Positions 57,762 to 64,000 of a stretch of 64,000 nucleotides of DNA are shown here, in pieces. How positions within the stretch are numbered: position 1 is the stretch's first letter; every line of letters starts with the position of its first letter. Under the pieces are notes generated by a model. It was not told the origin of the DNA. It did not search any database and was given only the letters and a program-made list of their open reading frames with translations. Origin of the DNA: Candidatus Eiseniibacteriota bacterium (GTDB lineage: Bacteria; Eisenbacteria; RBG-16-71-46; CAZAMP01); contig OZ245046.1 in NCBI GenBank assembly GCA_965224245.1, positions 4,544,001-4,608,000 on the forward strand, given 5' to 3'. The position numbers and the translations under genes are program-made.

Positions 57762-58494
57762 CGCCGATCGAGATCGCCTGTTCGAAAGCCAGCTCCACCG
57801 CGAGGCGGACTTCGAGTTCGACGAGTCGGTGTCGAGCGTGTTCGATGACATGGTCGTGCGCAGCGTGCCGGATTACGCGCGCATCCAGGAGCTCATCGCG
57901 TCCATCGCGACGGACTTCCTCGGGACCGGATCGGTGGTGGTGGATCTCGGGTGTTCGACCGGACGCACGCTTCGGGCGATCGCAGCACGCGCGATCGAGC
58001 CGACGGTACGGCTCGTCGGCATCGATTCCTCACTTCCGATGCTCGATCGCGCGCGGGCCAACGTGCGGCACGAGCACCCTCACGACGCTCGCTTCGAGTT
58101 CCGTCACGATACGATCAGGGCCGACATGGCGCTCCCGCACGCATCGGTGGTCGTGTTGTGTCTGGTGCTGCAGTTCGTGCGTCCGCCCGAGAGGCTGGGC
58201 GTCGTACGACGGATCCGCGAGGCGCTCTCGTCCGAAGGGTGTCTTCTCCTGTACGAGAAGACCATACATCCCGACCCGCACGTCAACCGGCTGTTCATCG
58301 ATCGGTATCACGAGTTCAAGCGCAGCCAGGGATACACCGATCTCGAGGTCGCGCAGAAGCGTATCGCGCTGGAGAACGTCCTCGTGCCGTACCGGCACGA
58401 GGAGAACGTCGCGCTGCTGGAGGCGGGCGGGTTCTCTCGCGTGGACACGTTCTCGCAGTGGCTCAACTTCGTCGGCTACCTCGCGCGGCCGTGA
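57751..58494 (+). CDS. cmoA: Carboxy-S-adenosyl-L-methionine synthase (CmoA family)
   Basis: DFEFD..V..VFDDM..RSVP.Y, DLGCSTG, GIDSS..M, LVLQF, EK, FKRSQGYTDLEVAQKR..LENVL, WLNF. Confidence 0.9.
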   Translation: MSGDADRDRLFESQLHREADFEFDESVSSVFDDMVVRSVPDYARIQELIASIATDFLGTGSVVVDLGCSTGRTLRAIAARAIEPTVRLVGIDSSLPMLDRARANVRHEHPHDARFEFRHDTIRADMALPHASVVVLCLVLQFVRPPERLGVVRRIREALSSEGCLLLYEKTIHPDPHVNRLFIDRYHEFKRSQGYTDLEVAQKRIALENVLVPYRHEENVALLEAGGFSRVDTFSQWLNFVGYLARP

Positions 58495-58510
58495 CTCCAC
58501 GGAGGACGCC

Positions 58511-60220
58511 GTGATCGTCGCGGGCATCAACTCGGGGCTCGATGGGGCGCTCGCGCCGGTCCGCGGGGGATCCGCGGCGCTGATCGCCGACGGCGAGATC
58601 CTGGGTGCGGTGGCCGAGGAGCGCATCAGCCGCGAGAAGTGGGCCGGCGGATTCTCGGCCGCCCTTCCCGCGCTCCTCGACGACCACGGGCTCTCGCTCA
58701 CCGACGTGGACGCATTCTATCTGAGCTTCTACGGGAACCCCCCGAGCCCGCGCGACGAGCTCATACGGCTTCACCTCGACGAGCTCGGACTCGGTCGCAC
58801 ACCCGAGAAGCTGGTCACGCTGACGAGTCACCATCGATCCCACGCCGCGCTCGCGTTCTTCCTGTCGCCGTTCGACGAGGCCGCGATCCTGACCGCAGAC
58901 AACGAAGGTACACTCCTTTCGACCGGAGGCGACTTGCATCCCCCCGCGGCGCTTCACTGCGAGCGCAACGGATACTACTGGGCACGGGGCAATCAGATCA
59001 CGCTCCTCTCGCGTGACTTCTCCGACCCCTGGCACCCGGGCTTCGGCAAGATGTACAACAAGTTCACCGAGTACGTCGGCTTCGGCGACTATCACAACGC
59101 CGGCAAGACGATGGGGCTCTCCGGATACGCCGAGGTGCCCGACGCATTCGCCGGGCTCGAGCTGTGGGAGGAGCTACCGAGTGGTGCGCTCGCGTCCCGC
59201 GTCGACGACACCAATGACTGCGAATCCGACCTCCGGGAGTTCTTCGGCCGGCACGGCATCGACATTCCGCCTCCGGGCCGGGGCGACGACTACATGGATC
59301 CCCGTTACTGCCAGATGACCGCGTTCGTCCAGGATCAGCTGTGTCGGTGGGCGGCGCGCCGGTGCGGGCGTCTTCTCGACCAGTGCGGTGCACGAGCGCT
59401 CTGCGTCTCGGGCGGCGTCGGCCTGAACTCCGTGATGAACTCGCACCTCGAGCGAACGCTGGGCGTCCCGGTGTTCGTACCCCCGTTTCCGAGCGACCAG
59501 GGACAGGCGCTGGGCAACGCGATCCACGGGTTCGTCCGCGAGTCGGGTTGGGATCGAAACCCGACGCTCTCACCGCGACGCTTCGGGGACTACTTTTATC
59601 TGGGACCCTCGCACGACGCCGAGTCGATCGCCGCCGCCGCCGAGGACGCTCGCGGCGCGGCCACGCGACCCGACACCGATCGGCTGCTGGAGATCGTGGC
59701 CGATCTCCTCGACGGTGGTGCGGTCGTCGGTTGGTTCCAGGGTCGAAGCGAGTACGGCGCGCGTGCGCTCGGCAATCGAAGCGTGCTGGCCGATCCGCGG
59801 CCGGCCGGGATGCGTGATCGCGTGAACGACCTGAAGGGGCGCGAGCGATTTCGTCCGCTGGCGCCGTCCGTACTCGACCACGCGACCGCCGAGTGGTTCG
59901 AGGGGACCGACTCGCTCCTGTTACCGGGCATGCTGGGCGTGGTACGCGTACGACCCTTCGCGCGGGAACGGGTGGCCGCGATCACGCACGTGGACGGGAC
60001 AGCGCGCGTCCAGACCGTGAGCCGACGCACCAACCCACGTTACTTCGATCTGATCTCCGCCTTTCACCGGCGCACGGGCGTTCCGCTCGTGCTGAACACG
60101 TCCTTCAACGCGGCCGGCGATCCGATCGTGGAGACACCGTCCCAGGCCGTCGCGGCCTATGAGAAAATGCACCTCGACGCGCTCGTGCTCGACGACTGGC
60201 TGATCGTGCGTGCGACGTGA
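58511..60220 (+). CDS. Carbamoyltransferase (NodU/CmcH/TobZ family)
   Basis: GTG after GGAGG; AEERISREK, HHRSHA, GKTMGL..Y, SGGVGLN...N, SDQG.A.G, WFQGRSEYGARALGNRS, RE.FRP.APS, HVDGTARVQTV, LNTSFN. Confidence 0.95.
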   Translation: MIVAGINSGLDGALAPVRGGSAALIADGEILGAVAEERISREKWAGGFSAALPALLDDHGLSLTDVDAFYLSFYGNPPSPRDELIRLHLDELGLGRTPEKLVTLTSHHRSHAALAFFLSPFDEAAILTADNEGTLLSTGGDLHPPAALHCERNGYYWARGNQITLLSRDFSDPWHPGFGKMYNKFTEYVGFGDYHNAGKTMGLSGYAEVPDAFAGLELWEELPSGALASRVDDTNDCESDLREFFGRHGIDIPPPGRGDDYMDPRYCQMTAFVQDQLCRWAARRCGRLLDQCGARALCVSGGVGLNSVMNSHLERTLGVPVFVPPFPSDQGQALGNAIHGFVRESGWDRNPTLSPRRFGDYFYLGPSHDAESIAAAAEDARGAATRPDTDRLLEIVADLLDGGAVVGWFQGRSEYGARALGNRSVLADPRPAGMRDRVNDLKGRERFRPLAPSVLDHATAEWFEGTDSLLLPGMLGVVRVRPFARERVAAITHVDGTARVQTVSRRTNPRYFDLISAFHRRTGVPLVLNTSFNAAGDPIVETPSQAVAAYEKMHLDALVLDDWLIVRAT

Positions 60221-60271
60221 GCGTGGCATGACGGCGCGCCACCGCAGAGGCCGCGCCGGGAGCAGACGACG

Positions 60272-62494
60272 ATGAGCTCTGACGACCGAACCCGGACCCG
60301 GCTCGACGAGGACCTCGTTCCCGAGTACCTCGATGCCGAGCATCTCGGGCGTGAGCCCGTGCTCGACGCTCTGCTCGGTGCGGTCCGGCGAGGGGGCGAG
60401 ACGATCTTCGTGATCGGACCGCCTGGATGCGGACGCCGACTCCTCGTGCTGGAGGCGGTCCGGCACCTCGACGCCGAGGACGACCACCGGTCCGTCTGGC
60501 TGTCCGGGACGACGGCGCCCGACGGACAGCTCGCCGTCCTGGCCGCGCGTGTGGGACTCGTCTCACGATCGGCACCGCACGCCACCAAGGTGCTCGTCGG
60601 ACGGGAGACGTTCCGGCGGTTGGCACCGGCGATCGCCGTCGTCGTGGGTGGCGCGCGCGAGACGTTGGCGGCCCTGGAGTCGGCGTGCGGCGAGGCCGCG
60701 GCCGTGGTCGGTGTCTGTGACCATGCAGACGGCGACCGGCTCATCGCGATCCCGCCGCTCTCGATGGATCGAGTCCGCGCGGTCGTAAAGACGGTGGCCG
60801 GGCGGGATCCCTCTTCCGTCCCGGACCTCGGCGGGCTCGATGCACTCGTCCACGCGATCGGGGGACACCTCGGTACCGCCGACATCGTGGGTCGCCTGGT
60901 GACTCACGCCGCGTCCGAGCAGGACGAGCCGTATCGCGGCGTGGCCGCGACGCTCGGGCTCCGCTGCGATGGGTCGTCGAACGCCCCGAGACACGCGCCC
61001 GATTCCGGGTCCGCCACGACGCTCGCCTCCGCCTTGCGCGTCGCGCGGGACGTCCTGTCGGAGGATGCGCGCACGACGCTCGACATCGTCGTGTGGCTGG
61101 CCGACGCCGGCATCGGCACCGAGTTCCTGGCAGCGCTCCTGTCCTGGGACACCGCGCGCGTGAGCCATGCCCTGGCAGAGTGCGAGCGGCTCGGACTCTG
61201 GGAAAGACCCGACATCGGTGGGGGCGACCGCCGCCGTGGGCGGGTGCCGCCGTCGGTACGGGTGACGCTCCGTTCATTGATCGGCGAGCCCGATCCCGGT
61301 CGTCTGGCAGAGGTTGGAGGCAGGGCGTTCGACTGGACGCGCGAGCACCGGCGTCGATCGGAGAGCTTCACGCGGGTCGAGCGCGAGCTCGCACACGTCG
61401 AGGCCCTCGCAGGACTCGCGGCGAGTGCGTCCCCGGCTCGCGCGATCGAGCTGTCGTGGCTCCTCGGCGCCGCGGAGTATCAGCGCGGGTGCTACGAGAC
61501 TGCCCGCGAGATCCTCCGGGCGGTGGCCGATCGAGCACACCACGATCGGCACGTTCGAGGCGAGATGCTGACCGACCTCGCGGCAAGCCAGGCACGGCTC
61601 GGCGCGATGACCGATGCGATCGCCACCGACCTCGACGCGCTCGCGTTGCGGCGCGAGGTGCTCGGGGACGCGCATCCGGACGTCGGTCGCACCATGCACG
61701 CGATCGGACTGAGCCACGCGGAGCTGGGGCGCTCCACCGAAGCGCTCGCGTGGCTGGGTGAGGCAGAGGCGAGGCTCCGGGCGGCGGGCGAGGAGGCTCG
61801 CACCGATCTCGCAATGTGCCTCAGCGATCTCGGCGTGACACATGCCGACCGGGGCGACTTCGCGGAGGCCGCGCGCCGACACCGCGAGGCGCTGAGGCTG
61901 GTGCCCGCCTCGGCCGACTCCGCGTCAGACCTGATCCGGACACGACTCCTGGCCAGCGCCGGTGGAACACACATCCGGGCGGGCGAGACCGCACGCGGCG
62001 AGAGGCTTCTCGTGCGGGCGCTGGCTCTCCTCGCCGAGCGACTCGGCGCGCCATCGGTGGAGCACGCGCGTCTCCTGGTCTCGCAGGCCGAGATCCTCCG
62101 CGCGACCGGCCGCGCGACGCGCGCCGTGCGGACCGCCCGCGCGGCCGTGATCGAGCTCGGCGCCGCGCTGTCGCCGGCGCACCTTCTGGTGACCGGTGCC
62201 CGGATCCAGCTCGCGCGCGCGCTACTCGCGGCCGACCGCGCGCACGAGGCGATCGAGATGGCCGATGCCGCTTACACGACGCGGAGGCGCCTGCTGGGCC
62301 TCGAGCACCCCGACACCGTCGATGCCGGCCAGGTCCTGGCGGAAGTGCTCTGCGCGTCCGGAGACGCACCCCGCGCGCGCGACGTCGTGACGCCGCTTCT
62401 TCCGCTGGTTGCGAACCGGGCGCAGCGTGAGGTGCTCGCGCGATTCGCCGATCCGTCCGAGAGATCGCATCGGCCCCGGGGCGGTTCCACGTGA
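60272..62494 (+). CDS. Degenerate P-loop (STAND-like) domain plus TPR-repeat protein
   Basis: LGRE..L, IFVIGPPGCGRR (Walker A lacking K-T/S), GGHL; kinesin-light-chain-like TPRs (LRREVLGDAHPDV, RRRLLGLEHPDT). Confidence 0.75.
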   Translation: MSSDDRTRTRLDEDLVPEYLDAEHLGREPVLDALLGAVRRGGETIFVIGPPGCGRRLLVLEAVRHLDAEDDHRSVWLSGTTAPDGQLAVLAARVGLVSRSAPHATKVLVGRETFRRLAPAIAVVVGGARETLAALESACGEAAAVVGVCDHADGDRLIAIPPLSMDRVRAVVKTVAGRDPSSVPDLGGLDALVHAIGGHLGTADIVGRLVTHAASEQDEPYRGVAATLGLRCDGSSNAPRHAPDSGSATTLASALRVARDVLSEDARTTLDIVVWLADAGIGTEFLAALLSWDTARVSHALAECERLGLWERPDIGGGDRRRGRVPPSVRVTLRSLIGEPDPGRLAEVGGRAFDWTREHRRRSESFTRVERELAHVEALAGLAASASPARAIELSWLLGAAEYQRGCYETAREILRAVADRAHHDRHVRGEMLTDLAASQARLGAMTDAIATDLDALALRREVLGDAHPDVGRTMHAIGLSHAELGRSTEALAWLGEAEARLRAAGEEARTDLAMCLSDLGVTHADRGDFAEAARRHREALRLVPASADSASDLIRTRLLASAGGTHIRAGETARGERLLVRALALLAERLGAPSVEHARLLVSQAEILRATGRATRAVRTARAAVIELGAALSPAHLLVTGARIQLARALLAADRAHEAIEMADAAYTTRRRLLGLEHPDTVDAGQVLAEVLCASGDAPRARDVVTPLLPLVANRAQREVLARFADPSERSHRPRGGST

Positions 62495-64000
62495 CGCGCC
62501 GCAACGCACAGAGCCGTCCCGCGGGAGAGACGCAACGTCTGACGATCGTGGCGGTCGACTCGGAAGCCGACGAGGCGTGCCTCCTGACGAACCTCCCGGC
62601 GCTCGGTCGCCGGCTCGCGACCGCGGTGGTGCCCGCACGGCCCGACGACCCATGGGCACGGCGGCTCGCAGACTGGGCCCGGCGCCGGGGCATCCCGGTG
62701 GACGTCATCCCCGCCTCGACGCTGGCCGACGGGATGCCGGCGCGGGATCGCGCACCCGAGGTACGATCATCCGACCTCTTGATCGCCGACCCGGGGATCG
62801 AGCCGCCGGCGGTGGCGCTGGCCGCCGCACTGTCACGGCGGCGCGTCGTCGCGCGCGACGCGCTGAATGCGACCCCCGCGGACACCGTGCGGTCGGTGCT
62901 CGTGATCGAGGATCGAACGCCGGGGACGATCTGGCACACGCTTCCCGTGATCGAGGCATGCCGTGCGGCCGGAGCCAGCGTCGGCGTGATTCCGGTGACC
63001 GATGCTGTTCTGGCGCGGTTCGTGATCGCGAAGTGCCTCCTTTTCGATCGGGTCGTCCGGGGCCGATTCGCGCTGTCCTCGGGGGTCTACGGCGGAACGG
63101 ACTCCGGCGCGCTACACCGGCCGGCCGGTCTCGCCGGTCCGGACGACGCCGACACGGCCGATCTCGTCGGCGCGCGTCACGCCGTTCTCGTCGTGAACGG
63201 CCACTCCAACGAGTTCGACGTGGGGCTGGGCGACGATCAGCTGATCTGTGCCCGGGAGAGCACGCCCGAGGTCGACCGCACCGCGAGCACGCGCGTCCTC
63301 GCCTGCTTTCACGACGGCGTGTGTCACCGGCAGTCGTTCATCGGCCTGGACGGCCTCTCGACCGAGAGGCTCTTCTCGGCGTCCGACGTGCACTCCGATG
63401 TCCTGATCTCGACCGGGTGCAACGCGTCACGCGTGGTTCCCGGCCCCTCCGACCCCGCGGTCGCATTCTGTCACCAGGCGCTCGCGGGCGAGCAGACCGC
63501 CGTGGTCGCCAGCATCGGCGTGCTCGCCGCCTCGCTGGAGCTCGACTTCCTGTTCGTGGCGCTTCTGGCCGACGGATACACGCTGGGTGACGCCGTCTCC
63601 CGCGTCAACGACGAGCGTCGCGATCGCTTCGGTCAGCTCCGGGCGACGCCCGAGGCGTCCGACGCGTTCGTACTCTTCGGGAGCCCGGATCTCGAGGTGG
63701 AGCTCCCGTTGGTCCGCGTCGAGCCACGGTGGGTCGATGGCTGCGCGACGCTCTCGCTCGACGACATGCCGGTTCACGACCCTACGGGCGTGGTCGTGCG
63801 CATGCGCACGCCTCCGTACGACGAGACACCGATCGTGCTGGTCGACGCGCCGGAGTCGATCTGGGTTCGGGGGGTGTGGACAAACGGTAACGGCGGTGGA
63901 GCACTGTACCTGTGGGTCTCCGGGTCCGATCGCGCCGGGGCCTCGCTGGCGGTGCGGCTGGCCGACCGCTCCCCCTGGGAAGCCCATGCCACGGCCCTCG
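62491..64000 (+). CDS. Clan CD (caspase/CHAT/gingipain-fold) cysteine-protease-like protein, 3' end beyond window; absent from the ORF track
   Basis: Hand translation from GTG 62491 (overlapping upstream TGA) gives 503 codons with no stop; VLVVNGHS (His 63202), DVLISTGCN (Cys 63418), GYTLGDAV, FVLFGSP. Confidence 0.7.
   Translation, partial: MTRRNAQSRPAGETQRLTIVAVDSEADEACLLTNLPALGRRLATAVVPARPDDPWARRLADWARRRGIPVDVIPASTLADGMPARDRAPEVRSSDLLIADPGIEPPAVALAAALSRRRVVARDALNATPADTVRSVLVIEDRTPGTIWHTLPVIEACRAAGASVGVIPVTDAVLARFVIAKCLLFDRVVRGRFALSSGVYGGTDSGALHRPAGLAGPDDADTADLVGARHAVLVVNGHSNEFDVGLGDDQLICARESTPEVDRTASTRVLACFHDGVCHRQSFIGLDGLSTERLFSASDVHSDVLISTGCNASRVVPGPSDPAVAFCHQALAGEQTAVVASIGVLAASLELDFLFVALLADGYTLGDAVSRVNDERRDRFGQLRATPEASDAFVLFGSPDLEVELPLVRVEPRWVDGCATLSLDDMPVHDPTGVVVRMRTPPYDETPIVLVDAPESIWVRGVWTNGNGGGALYLWVSGSDRAGASLAVRLADRSPWEAHATAL

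Noticed and set aside
57758-58510. N-terminal extension of the 820-aa carbamoyltransferase ORF
   Set aside because: Shadow of cmoA; GTG 58511 has a GGAGG RBS and begins the family's N-terminal motif.
1-64000. tRNA, rRNA, riboswitch, IS, integrase or prophage genes
   Set aside because: None recognised by eye; intergenic gaps are short. A covariance-model search (Infernal/tRNAscan) would be needed to exclude small RNAs such as in 45529-45840 or 52226-52457.

Overview
GC-rich (roughly 70% by eye) bacterial chromosomal window, densely coding. Five proteins carry a C-terminal FlgD-Ig/T9SS-type sorting domain, which suggests an FCB-group candidate phylum such as Eisenbacteria, Latescibacterota or Krumholzibacteriota (inference only). 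From left to right: (1) three tandem paralogous large acidic secreted proteins (1-9700); (2) a ~17 kb, tightly coupled minus-strand operon (26522->9714) with an IPT/TIG-FlgD surface protein, a lipoprotein, a repeat-linker membrane protein, two TolB-like propellers, a helical protein and a complete Opp/Dpp-type ABC importer; (3) TRAP dctQM without dctP, and lemA-TPM-TPM-TPR; (4) an ECF sigma factor coupled to a Ser/Thr kinase-STAND NTPase-TPR protein; (5) assorted enzymes (methyltransferase, rhodanese, cysteine-synthase family, N-formylglutamate amidohydrolase-like, amidase, GT2-DUF547 fusion); (6) divergent FG-GAP-FlgD and PEP-CTERM genes around an AT-richer spacer bounded by 13-bp inverted repeats; (7) an XRE-TPR regulator with a signal-peptide-like C-terminal tail, then a PLD. 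The most striking element (54977-64000, running off the window) is a coupled operon of cobalamin-binding radical SAM enzyme, two dCTP-deaminase-family paralogs with reciprocal loss of catalytic residues, an orphan carboxy-SAM synthase (CmoA), a NodU-type carbamoyltransferase, a degenerate P-loop-TPR protein and a caspase/gingipain-fold protease-like ORF missing from the ORF track. I read it as a candidate undescribed nucleotide-modification system. I saw no rRNA, tRNA, CRISPR array, integrase or transposase. All product calls come from motif recognition, not database searches; start codons were re-chosen using RBS and stop/start overlaps.
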